A DNA stretch of 34,807 bases from Bigelowiella natans CCMP2755 (Eukaryota > Protista > Cercozoa), in NCBI GenBank assembly GCA_000320545.1, contig ADNK01003085.1:1-34807 (forward strand), in the 5' to 3' direction. A model generated the notes under the pieces. It ran no database searches and was not told where the DNA came from. It was given only the letters and a program-made list of their open reading frames with translations. Position numbers and translations under genes: made by a program. Of the stretch, positions 1 through 10,127 are shown piece after piece (the stretch's first letter is position 1; each line of letters opens with the position of its first letter).

Positions 1-346
1 GCCTTTTCGAGGTCTTGTGCCGATTTTTCCCCGAACCCTTTCGCTGTCTTCTACATCGTCAATGATGGTTATTATCTACACACACCTGCGCATTCCACTA
101 GGCGGTGCGTACAAGAGTGTATTACAAGGAATTGATGGTAAACTGTGAAATCATGGGGGGGGGGGAAGGGGGGGGGGGTTTTCATGTAATTAAAAACAAG
201 CCTCCCCATAACTCTCTCTTTTTTTTTTTCTCTCACCCACACCCACAATATGCCGTTACCAGTATATCGATATATAATTTCTGTTTCATGAAATGGATGT
301 TGTTCTGTTCTCAGGGGAGCGGGGGGGGGGGGGGGGGGGGGCTTAC

Positions 347-1534
347 GCTGCGAAGTAGCACGCGAATCCAAACGCATCACGAATCAAAGTCACGGTGGCC
401 CTAGTACCATGACGACAATCAGTCCAACACACACACACCCCTTACACACACTAATGTACGTGATATGTATATTATTATAGAAGAAAAGGCTCTTGCTTAT
501 ATCGTTCTCAGGGCTGCTGCCTGCACGCCAATACCCCTTGTAAATGCCCGAAATCCCGTGACTGCGAAAGATCTTCATCGTGGCATCTACAGGATTCAAC
601 GCGGAAGAAAAACAAGGAGAGGCGGGGAGGGAGAAGCATTGGAAATCAAAATTCGCTCTAATGGCACTTCGGCGATTGGCTTCATGGCGAACAGCATCGT
701 CAATATCTTTATTTCAAATGGACAAAGTTGTGGGCATTGCCCCTGCTCGCATTCCGCAGTAGCCGTACAAAACTCATTTACGAGAACTGCGAAGTGGGCA
801 AACGTCTCATCACCTAAAGACCCCGAGTAGGCTGCCACGCCTTGGCCCTCGATCTGCACGGAAGGAAAGAAGGAAGGGAGCAGGAGGTGGGGGGGTGGGG
901 GATGCGTGAATGTAAGCACAGTACTTCTGCGGCACATTGATCTTTCTTCTGGAATAGAGGGCGATGACCTGTGTCTGCATGCGAATTCGAATATGTTCCA
1001 TCGGAGTAGCAACGAGGGACATGCAAGATCCCCCCACACCACCAGCTACGAAGTCTTTAAAGGAGGACGGCAGGGGTGAGGGGATGGCGGGGGATTAAAA
1101 AAAGAGCAGTGCCAGCGAACGAGGTTGGAAAAAAAAATGCGAGCAAAAAAAAGAAAAACGAATATGTCGCATGATCGAGCTCGGCTTAGCGCGCGTTTTG
1201 ACGTGAGTGCAAGGTTTCTCTTACTTTGGAGAATCGGCGAGGCGTTCAGCACCCCCCCTGCAGCCATTTGGCGTTTGGCGGTCCCGTAGCTCGAGATGAG
1301 CACCTGGGAGGGTCGTGGCGGACAGCCGAGGGTAATGGATGAGGGCGGGACACAAACGTGTAGATGTAGGCACAAACGAAATCAGTACCGAGCACGCTGG
1401 GCTGTTGAGCATCAGTGGGACAAGGCTGCCCTTATAGAAGGCCGTTATCCCCTCCGTACGAATCGCGTGGGAAATCACTTCTCCCGACGACTTGAAACTG
1501 CGGGGTAGTAGTAGGGACAATGTCAGATCTATGG

Positions 1535-1625
<91 letters not shown>

Positions 1626-1902
1626 CAAATACACCACAACGCTCATCGCCTTTGCTGTTTTTTCGAGTCGTTTTCTGTGAGATCTTGACACGTTATTACC
1701 CCATCGACTGCATTCGTGTCTTTACGAAGTCGAAGGGCTGTCCAACACCGATACATGCAACCCCAGCCCAAGCGCCTCCCCAGCAGTCTTTTAGAATTTG
1801 TACTTCGGAACCTGACACAGAGGAGGGTAAAGCGTTGGTGGAGCAGCGTTTCGAAACACCCTCAAATTGCCAATGCAGTAAATGACCAAAATATGCCTGC
1901 AT
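347..1902 (-). CDS. Mitochondrial carrier (SLC25; carnitine/acylcarnitine or ornithine/basic amino-acid carrier-like), multi-exon, 3' end probably continues past 347
   Basis: Exons 1902-1700, 1497-1389, 1303-1225, 1054-969, 853-814, 586-529 and 400-347 splice in frame. The product has carrier signatures GQPFDFVKTRMQ and ATPMEHIRIRMQ, plus EGITAFYKG, YSGSLDATMKIFRSHGISGIYKG and LIRDAFGFACYF. One intron needs a GC donor. Downstream exons are unresolved. Confidence 0.85.
1538..1622. repeat. Compound (AT)n(GT)n microsatellite in intron 1 of the carrier gene; representative of many similar intronic tracts
   Basis: Direct reading. Similar (AT)n and/or (CA)n/(GT)n tracts occur near 4042, 4458, 19608, 20796, 21186, 21539, 24069, 31833, 32757 and 33183, and (GA)n/(CT)n tracts near 19282, 22338, 22766, 25274 and 32592. 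Confidence 0.95.
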
Positions 1903-2866
1903 CAGCGAGGGAAAACCGCAAATAGAACAGAAAGACCACTCAACTCACTGTATTTCGGCATGCTCTTCGTTAGCGGGTTGAACAGAGCAGGGGGGGGTCA
2001 GATTCGAGTATGCAAATTTGGAGTTTATTTGGTGCGTAGCAAGGGTTTAGATGTTTCCTGCACAAATTATTGCCCAAAAAGATCCACTGATTCTAGCCAC
2101 AGGCTACGTCGTAACGAGGCGGATATTAGGCCCGAATTCCGGATTAATGCTAATGACGCAATGAATAAACGGCATGCATTCTTCCAACATATAGAAAGAC
2201 GCCGACGAAACTCCGCGGGCCAGACGGTCTTTTGAACGGAGCAACCGCGTCAACAATTTCCCCGATATTTGTCCGAGTTAAGCTTGCCCAGATCAGAAAG
2301 GCTCAGCTATGCAGTTGGGACGCTTCCCGCCCAAAGACCTTGCCTTGTCAAGCTCTCGTTTAAATTTGTTGAAAGATGCATGTAAAGGTACACTAACGAC
2401 ATAAGAATTTGACACTTTATACAAAAAGCGAAGGCGATATTATTGTAAATTATATCGGCTTATTCAGATTTGTGCTGAGTAATTTTTGGATACGTATCTG
2501 GCCTAGCTGGCTTTTTTTAAGAAGGGGGAAAAGGCATTCTCACTTCCGTTTCCGCTCATTTGTTTCTGCCGCCTCTTCTGTGGGATTGTCGCTATAGTAT
2601 TTTGCCTTACCCGCCCTTCGTTTTTCGCGGGCGCAAACATCCTGAAGAGCTCTCCCGGTATTTGAAACGTATTTTTAAACCTTCATCGATTTCACGAAAA
2701 TTCCCCTTAATTTTCGTGTTACGTCATCGCTATTTCCATAGCGTAGGTTAGTAATTTCCCATGCGTTTTGCAAGCACGTGTTCGGTGTTAAGAGGTTGCC
2801 ACACACAGATCAGCTGGGACTAACTCCCCCCCCCTTCAGCACACCGACGAACTAGTTTTGTATAGG

Positions 2867-3814
2867 ATGGCTAAGCTACGCTCCTCCAGCTCTCTCCCTG
2901 TCACCACCTCTCAGGGGCCCGTAGCCTCCGTGCCCCTCTCAACGCGTATGTGCATCAGCGCTGTGGGCGGAATGGGGGCAGCGACTTTTTGCCACCCAAT
3001 CGACGTAATTCGCATCCAAATGCAGCTCTTTCCCTATCGTGGGACCTTCCACGCAGCCAAAAGCATTGCCAGCACACAGGGAATAGGTGCTTTATACAGC
3101 GGGGTGACGGCTGCATATCTGCGTCAATGGACCTATGGATCGTGCCGCATGGGCGCCTATTCGTTCATGCTGAATCGAGCTAAGTCTCAGCGAGATGGCC
3201 CTGTTCCATTCACGCAAAAGTTGCTGATGGGTTGTCTCTCAGGAGGGGTAGGTTCATTCACAGGAACCCCATCAGAGCTCGCAATGGTGCGGATGGGCGC
3301 GGACAAACGTCTGCCCGAGGCGGAGCGACGAGGTTACAAGAACGTGTTTGACTGCATCGTGCGAGTGGCGAGGGAGGAAGGCCCCACAGCGCTTTGGAAA
3401 GGCAGCGGGCCGACAGTGATTCGCGCGATGCTCCTCTCATCGTCCTCTCTTGGAATCTACTCCGAGTGCAAGGAACGCCTCCCCGGCTTGGCCCCCGCCC
3501 TGTTTCCGAAAGCAGACTCTGCGAGCACGATGATGGTTGGTACGACTCTATCCTCTATAGCAGCGAATCTTCTATGCACGCCTTTCGACGTAGTTAAGTC
3601 GCGCATACAGAACCAGCCTGCCCCCTCCAAGGGGAAACCGGCGATGTACACGGGCATGGTGGATTGCTTTGTGAAGGGGGTGAGAGCCGAAGGACCTCTG
3701 TTCCTGTACCGCGGCTTTGTCCCCGCTTGCATAAAACTCACTCCCTACACCACCATCTCGCTTATCCTCACAGATAAAATGATGCGGTTTGTGACCGGGA
3801 AAAGCGGCTTTTAA
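2867..3814 (+). CDS. Mitochondrial 2-oxoglutarate/malate or dicarboxylate-tricarboxylate carrier (SLC25A11/DIC/DTC-like), intronless
   Basis: Three carrier repeats: HPIDVIRIQMQ, TPSELAMVRMGAD, TPFDVVKSRIQ. Family-typical LRQWTYGSCRMG, RLPEAERRGYKNVFD and GSGPTVIRAM. ATG at 2867. Confidence 0.93.
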   Translation: MAKLRSSSSLPVTTSQGPVASVPLSTRMCISAVGGMGAATFCHPIDVIRIQMQLFPYRGTFHAAKSIASTQGIGALYSGVTAAYLRQWTYGSCRMGAYSFMLNRAKSQRDGPVPFTQKLLMGCLSGGVGSFTGTPSELAMVRMGADKRLPEAERRGYKNVFDCIVRVAREEGPTALWKGSGPTVIRAMLLSSSSLGIYSECKERLPGLAPALFPKADSASTMMVGTTLSSIAANLLCTPFDVVKSRIQNQPAPSKGKPAMYTGMVDCFVKGVRAEGPLFLYRGFVPACIKLTPYTTISLILTDKMMRFVTGKSGF

Positions 3815-4038
3815 AGAAGCATTTCTGACGTGTCTGCTGACTGACCTCCGGATATGGACGTTTGGCGCGCAGGCAGAACGTGGAAGATTACAGTTGGAGA
3901 AGTGCGGATTTCGCCGGATAATTTGAACAGTATTTGCAACGGTGAGGCGGAGGGGGAGTGTCAATATAGAGCAAGCAATTGGAACAATGACGACCAAAAG
4001 CGGCACCTATTTATACTCCTCTGCAAGTGCATATATGA

Positions 4039-4076
<38 letters not shown>

Positions 4077-4455
4077 AAATTCAAGACGCATATGCTGAAG
4101 ATCGGAGTTGCATTTTTTACGTTTGTCAATTGTTTATATTATACCATCAAATCGGGGAGGAGGAACATTTGGCGTGGAGTAGCAAAACAAGCACCCATAA
4201 AACGGCCCGACCTCTATGAACAGCAGCTACCTTTAATGGGCCTCGAATCGTAAGGTTAAGTCACTTACATTGCCTTCTTCTAATGGCCTATTAGCGGCCT
4301 TTTCACCGTATCGCCCGACGGCGAGAAGATATCAAAAATATTGTAATGAAGTATTAAATCTGCTTACCACTCCAATCTCATCGCGACGGAGCCATGATAA
4401 ACCGCTCAGAGGTGTTTAAAACCTGGAAAAATTCTTACGTATCACCGAATCATTG

Positions 4456-4533
<78 letters not shown>

Positions 4534-4759
4534 ATTTTTTATAGAAATATATCTATGACAATTTTATAGCTCAAATAGTGTGTCTCGAGTGGAGGCATCG
4601 TACTTTAAATGATGCCTTGTAATGTGTACATATTAATCTCAAGGAAAAATAAAGATTGTACCAACGATGTGAGGGCCTATGCGGCCGCGTAGGCACGCAT
4701 GCTGCAAGCAAAACTGAAGACATTACATGTATATATTATGTAGCGCACAGCATATACAA

Positions 4760-5110
4760 TATGTGAGACGGGTGTAATGAAATGTTTAAATTTTTTCGGC
4801 AATGGTCATCCAATGTAGCTATGCAGAGCAGCGGCTACAGCGCTTAAGTTGTATATGTTATATAAAACGCCTCACAAATAATGCAGAAAAAAACTTGCTC
4901 GCACTGCTGCGCGGATCGAAAGCACGACATGGCCGACCAAATTGCAATACTTTCACATGCATGCGCAACACATCGATTATCACACTGGAAACAAACAGAT
5001 GCAACTTGAGCGCTGTAGCCGCTGCTTTGCACAGCGTGTATACGCTACATCAGGATTATACATGACCATTATTCAAAAAAATTAAACATTTCATTGCATC
5101 CGTCTCATGC
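4760..5110. repeat. Diverged inverted repeat (fold-back) within a RY-alternating intergenic repeat tract
   Basis: 4762-4809 (tgtgagacgggtgtaatgaaatgtttaaattttttcggcaatggtcat) pairs with 5062-5108. 4818-4852 (gctatgcagagcagcggctacagcgcttaagttgt) pairs with 5001-5035. The related motif tatgagacggatgtaacg recurs at about 29593. Confidence 0.8.
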
Positions 5111-5639
5111 GCACAACAGCCCATCCTAGCATCTAGAGCATTGCGCTGCGCGCGAGTGCGTGGCAGCGAGCGATACGATGGGCCGGCACTCGAGGCAAAA
5201 TTCATGCCATGTATATCGATCGTCTTTTCATTATATAGAGAGCGTCTGCAAACAACACATGATAGACATGCTAGCATGTCTATACATGTACAGCTATTTG
5301 TGTATGCATATATCCATGAATATAGTACATGTAACGAGCTTTCTAGCTTTTATGCTGGCTGATATTTACAATGCTTTAAAACAATGCCACACATGCACAT
5401 GGTGGCTGTACACATCGCTTTCGATCAGCATCTAATAATATATTCAGGTACACAAAATGCATAACAACGAGAAAAACAATGATGGTTTCTACGCATAGTA
5501 TTGACTCACAATAAGTGTATGCGTGCACGATCTTGCGATACGATGGGCACACACACACACAAATAACACGTGACAGCGCGGAGATATAGAGATAAACATA
5601 ATCTCCGAGCGGTAGATAGTGCACATCTCTATGCTTAGA

Positions 5640-6875
5640 TCACAAGGATGCATTTTGTGACTGCCTGGGATTCTTCACTTCACTATTATGCTCAACCAAG
5701 AACCCGGAGGCTGTTGAAAAATATGATTCAGCGAAAACGTCCGGGGTAGCTGAAGATATCCCTTTTCCACTGCCTTCACTCATATGATTTGGGCCCGCGA
5801 ACGAGCTGCTACCTACCATTTTTCTATCTGCAGAAGGTGCACTGTTGCGTGAGTGTGAAAGAACAGGGTACCACCTTCGAGCGACAGCAAACATGTATCT
5901 CTTAACGCTTGTGGGGCGGGAATCGTCAGAACGGTATAAGATACCCTTCGACTCATCGCCTGATCCAGCTCCTGGAGACCACATGAGAAACCCAAGGCAG
6001 CCGTCGCCATCTGCCTCGGGATTTGTTAGTTCGCTGAATACAATAGGGGTCAAGAGAAAGGGAATCATATCGAAGAAGCCTTGCAACGGCTCCGAAGCAG
6101 CATGGATGCAGCTTAGTACAAAGCACGGCCCGATGATAAACTGGACGGATCTATTCACGCAGCCAGAAATGTTTGATATAACCAAGGAAATGGGGTAATA
6201 CTTGAGCCGCTGTATGCTCTCCATTCGGATGAGCTCGTCATTGGAGATGCCCATTCGTTCCATGACTTCCGACACCTGCTGAAACTTTCTCTCTGAAAGG
6301 CCGTAGACGATGAAGCAGTACATCAAAGTGCCAAAGGTGTAGAGAAGCATTATCCCACGCCAGATGAACCCGTAATCGTTCTCCATAGTGATCCAGCACC
6401 ATGTGCCCGCATTTCCATAAGAATCGGTGGCGAACGGCAGCAGGGAGAGTCCTGCCGGTAATAGCTGTGCAAAAAGGAAGAAAATCCGTAGCACGCTGCC
6501 ATTCTTCATGGACCTGTGGAATCTCCAATTCTCGTAGAGGACGACCTTGTGAATTGAGAGCGCGGAGCAAAACGACCAGATGAACGTCGTGTAGCCGAAG
6601 TAGCTGATGAAGTAGGCCTGCAGCCTGCAATCTAGACTCTTGCTGTGATCATAGCCTTGATTCCCAACGACTTGTGAGGCAGCAAGCCCCAGGTCGTTCA
6701 GACTGAGAAAGAAGATTAGCAGCAAGATTATATTCTCCCGCAGAATTTTTATTCTTGCGAAGCAGCTTAGCACGTAGACGCAGCTTGCCAGCGATATGGA
6801 AGCCGCCACCCTACTTATCAGGATGAGCGTCCTGTTTTGCTCGGGGCTGAATCGATTCGGTTGATAGGTCGACAT
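5640..6875 (-). CDS. 7TM G-protein-coupled receptor, Dictyostelium cAMP receptor (CAR)/plant GCR1-like, intronless
   Basis: 411-aa ORF with seven hydrophobic segments, CRLQAYFISYF (TM3), SYGNAGTWCWIT (ECL2), RLKYYPISLVIS (TM6) and LQGFFD (TM7), typical of the Dicty_CAR family. Confidence 0.88.
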   Translation of the reverse strand: MSTYQPNRFSPEQNRTLILISRVAASISLASCVYVLSCFARIKILRENIILLLIFFLSLNDLGLAASQVVGNQGYDHSKSLDCRLQAYFISYFGYTTFIWSFCSALSIHKVVLYENWRFHRSMKNGSVLRIFFLFAQLLPAGLSLLPFATDSYGNAGTWCWITMENDYGFIWRGIMLLYTFGTLMYCFIVYGLSERKFQQVSEVMERMGISNDELIRMESIQRLKYYPISLVISNISGCVNRSVQFIIGPCFVLSCIHAASEPLQGFFDMIPFLLTPIVFSELTNPEADGDGCLGFLMWSPGAGSGDESKGILYRSDDSRPTSVKRYMFAVARRWYPVLSHSRNSAPSADRKMVGSSSFAGPNHMSEGSGKGISSATPDVFAESYFSTASGFLVEHNSEVKNPRQSQNASL

Positions 6876-7398
6876 TTATCAAAGGGGTTTGGGGGGAGAG
6901 GGGGGCAGGAAAGCTGAGGAACACCGCGCCTCCGGCCACCAGGTTGGAGCTTTGCTTTTGATATTATTATCAGACCCTGCTGCCTCTGTGCAATGCACAA
7001 CGAAAAGCTGTACATCTATCGGTACAAGTATAGCTTAGTTTAAGCCGTAACTTCCTGCGGATAGATGTATGGTATATATTGAAATGGCAGCGGATTTTGT
7101 ATAGCGACAAATAAAAATACGAAGTTTCTCCCTAAATAGAACCCCTTTTCCCACAGATAGCAAGGGCTGAACGACTGTTCCCTTTGTTCCGTTTCCACGT
7201 TTTCTTCCAGTTACAACATGGCAAGTAACTTCCATCTCTCCGGGTCTGTCTCTCTGGCTGGTGCCAACGTCGAGACTAGATCGAAGGACACACACACACC
7301 TCGCTTTAGGTCTTTACCAGAGGCAAGGCAGTTGCAAGTTCGAAGACCGATTGACTCGGAACAGAGGGGGGTTGGTGAGGGGGGATAGTAGTCAATAC

Positions 7399-8738
7399 AT
7401 GGAGCACGGACCCACCTCCCCTGACCCCAGGAGTCGGCTCGAGAAGGATGGCTACGTTGTTCTTCCGAAACTGATTCAGAAGGGGATGGTCGAGCGAGCG
7501 CGGCGGCTCGTGAATGAGAAACTGGGTGAGAGCCCAAAGGTGAACGAAATGGTGGCAGAGGGAACTCAAGACGCTGTTACTGACTTGTGGAATAAGACCT
7601 GCTTGCCAGAAAAAATCAAGGAAATGATGGGCCCGCACAAGGAGGAGGGCGCGCCTCTGCGATTCGCGCAGGTGGCGTTGATCTTTCCTGGCCATCGCTG
7701 CTCGAAAGCACCTCATGGCTATAGTTCAGGTTACAAACCAGAGAAAAACTGGGAGAAAGACTGGCATATCGATGGGTGTGTGCAGAAGGGTGAAATCCAT
7801 GCCTTTACTGCACTAGTTGGGGTGCTGCTCCAAGATATCGAGGAGCCCATGAGCGGGGAGCTGGTAGTTTATCCAGGGGGGCATGAAAATATGGCAAGGT
7901 TGCACGGTCGGCCCGATGATGGTAAAACAGTACACCCCCTCCACCTCTCAACCTCTCTTTCACCAACTATGGTCATATCTCACTAACAGTCCTTGCCCCC
8001 ATTACACTTCTAAGAATCATTACTCTATCTTTATATATCGCAAAATCATCGTCTACTCGTAATGAATTCCCTACTCTTATCCTTCGGTACACTTTTGTGC
8101 AATTTGGCGTGCTAGGTTACAGATCCCTCTTACGGGGGGGGGAGCATAGCTTCGCGATCGCACGGCAAGAAATGGACGCGGAATCCAAACGTGAAGAGAA
8201 AGAACGGAAATGGCGCAAGCCCGTTCATCTTGTAGGCAAGGCGGGTGACGTCGTCATCCTCAACTTTATGACACCGCACGTCGTCGCTCCGAATGTGTCT
8301 GGAAATATACGATACTGCGTATACTTTCGTCTCTACACTCCCCTCCTTCCAGGTAGAGAGTTTTGGAACAAACATCGACGAGTATCTCTAGCGATACCAT
8401 TTCACGACTGGATGGGGATGACCAGTGCCTGTCCACACCTGCGACAGAAAGGTTGGCCCCATAGAAATCGCAGTGAGAGACAGAATGGGATAGAGGGAGC
8501 GGAAACGGTGAATCAAACGAAATCTTCGGCATTCAACCATGGGGCCTGCTTTTGTTCAAATTCAAAATTCACATCCAAAGTTTTGTGTACATTTACAGGG
8601 GCCAAGGCAGGACATTGCTCATGCATGGAAAAAGTACGCGTGCGAGGCACTGAACTCGACGATTCGGAGGCCAAAAGTAAGCCACCTTCGATGAGTGGCA
8701 TTTTGAAGTCGATGGGGCAAGCACTTGGGTTTCGGTGA
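7399..8738 (+). CDS. Phytanoyl-CoA dioxygenase (PhyH)-like 2OG-Fe(II) dioxygenase, 2 exons (7399-7921, 8116-8738)
   Basis: LEKDGYVVLPKLI N-terminus, HxD motif (WHIDG), GELVVYPGGH, GKAGDVVIL...PH (distal His) and IRYCVYFR. The GT-AG intron 7922-8115 joins the frames. Confidence 0.85.
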
Positions 8739-9579
8739 TGATATGTTCATGATATTTCATCCATTCAAAGTTGTCCTCCAGCGTAGCAAAAAATCTTTCA
8801 GTGTTGGGTGTAAGGCATGCAATAAATGATGTGCAGCAAGTGAGAATGGGCACACACGCATTTCCCATGCATCCGCAGCACACACCAATGCGCCAGGAAT
8901 CTTGATGCGATCGATGCGATGCATGTTTAGCATGTGTGTGTGTGTGTGTGTGCGCGCGCGCGCGCTAGTGTGTTGACTGCAAAAACTGGTTGACACTGAA
9001 CAAGGTTTGGAGAGACACACTGGGAAGCAAAGTGCAAAAAAACCGCACCACAAAGACACGGAAGTCTGGAAGAAAAATGCAAAGAGCTGGAAGCAATATG
9101 CAATTGAAGTGTATGCCAGATCCAAACAAACCAAGAACTCCGCCAATGCGATTTGGTCAGTCGTTGGTGACATGCAGTAGTGAGACAGAGGGAGAATGTG
9201 AAGTGATCAAGAATGTTTCTGCACATCGTTGGAGGAGAAGAAGGACGCAAAGTTCGTCGAGTGGCTGCGCATTGTGGCATCGTATGCATTCACATCTTCA
9301 AAGTGACAATGGACACAGTGACATTATGTGTACTATGTGCACATGATGTTGCGTGTCTGTGATGCGTGTATCCCTTTAGTAACACCATGCACACTACGCA
9401 CATGTGACATTACGTGTCCATAACAGTGTGACCGGGTTCTGAGACACATGACGTTGTTTTCTCACAAGCTGGAATGCAATTCGCTGTGGGTCATCAACTT
9501 CCGCGACATCAAGCTGCTGTTTGTCTCAGGCCTTCCACTCACCGTCTTCAACATCTGATGGATCTAGCCTAGGTCTAGG

Positions 9580-9762
9580 AACAATGAACAATGAACAATG
9601 AAAGAAACATTGATGCAAACCACATGCGCAAGAACCACATGGGAGACAAGCGCGTGCACATGCAGCAGCGCCTCAACAAAACTAGAAAAATCATCGCGAG
9701 GTTGGGAATGGAACAATGAGAACAATGATGAAAAACTACAATTCCAAAGTGTGACAAGACAC
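9580..9762 (+). repeat. Dispersed host repeat, left part ((aacaatg)n + gaaaaactac..ttccaaagtgtgacaagacac), interrupted by the LTR element
   Basis: Continues after the element at 15483 (ttgcaatgtgcgaaatgcagtg). Uninterrupted copies lie at about 15565-15665 and 17815-17945. Confidence 0.85.
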
Positions 9763-10088
9763 TGTAGCGCGTACCACTACGCGGGCACAAGTCACGTGCG
9801 ACAACAAAGGGGTTGTCGCGGATATAGAATATAGATAACGTAGATATTAATACAGCATAGGCACGTGGGTTCCGGCGGGACTCATGGCAGCACACCGGAA
9901 GTGTGCTGCCCCACGTGCGGCGGCATTCGCGAAAGCTTCGCGAATGATTACGCAGTGCACGATTTAATAAAAATATAATCTTTAATAAAAATAAACACAA
10001 CTCTTCAAAAGGAAGCAAACGTGCCTTTCCCCCCCCCTGCCTACTTGTGCACGTAGCGCCTCGGCCTGTGAACACCTTACGCGCAACA
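9763..10088 (+). repeat. 5' LTR
   Basis: Starts tgtagcgcgta and ends tacgcgcaaca (10/11 terminal inverted match). Three AATAAA at about 9966-9995. Matches 15153-15478. Confidence 0.96.
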
Positions 10089-10093
10089 ACCTT

Positions 10094-10111
10094 TGGCTTC
10101 CACACACGGGA
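10094..10111 (+). promoter_or_regulatory. Putative primer-binding site
   Basis: tggcttccacacacggga lies 5 nt after the 5' LTR. TGG is complementary to tRNA CCA. The cognate tRNA was not identified. Confidence 0.6.
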
Positions 10112-10127
10112 AACGATTTGACTAACA

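Noticed and set aside
1492-1885. ORFs containing YIYIYI, CVCVCV, LSLSLS or RERERE runs throughout the window
   Set aside because: Translations of intronic microsatellites.
8750-9420. CA/TG richness interpreted as CpG-methylation decay
   Set aside because: CpG persists in these tracts while TpA is what is depleted.
9575-10105. 176-aa antisense ORF across the LTR (repeated at 15106-15465)
   Set aside because: No motifs and a non-ATG start. The duplication is just the LTR.
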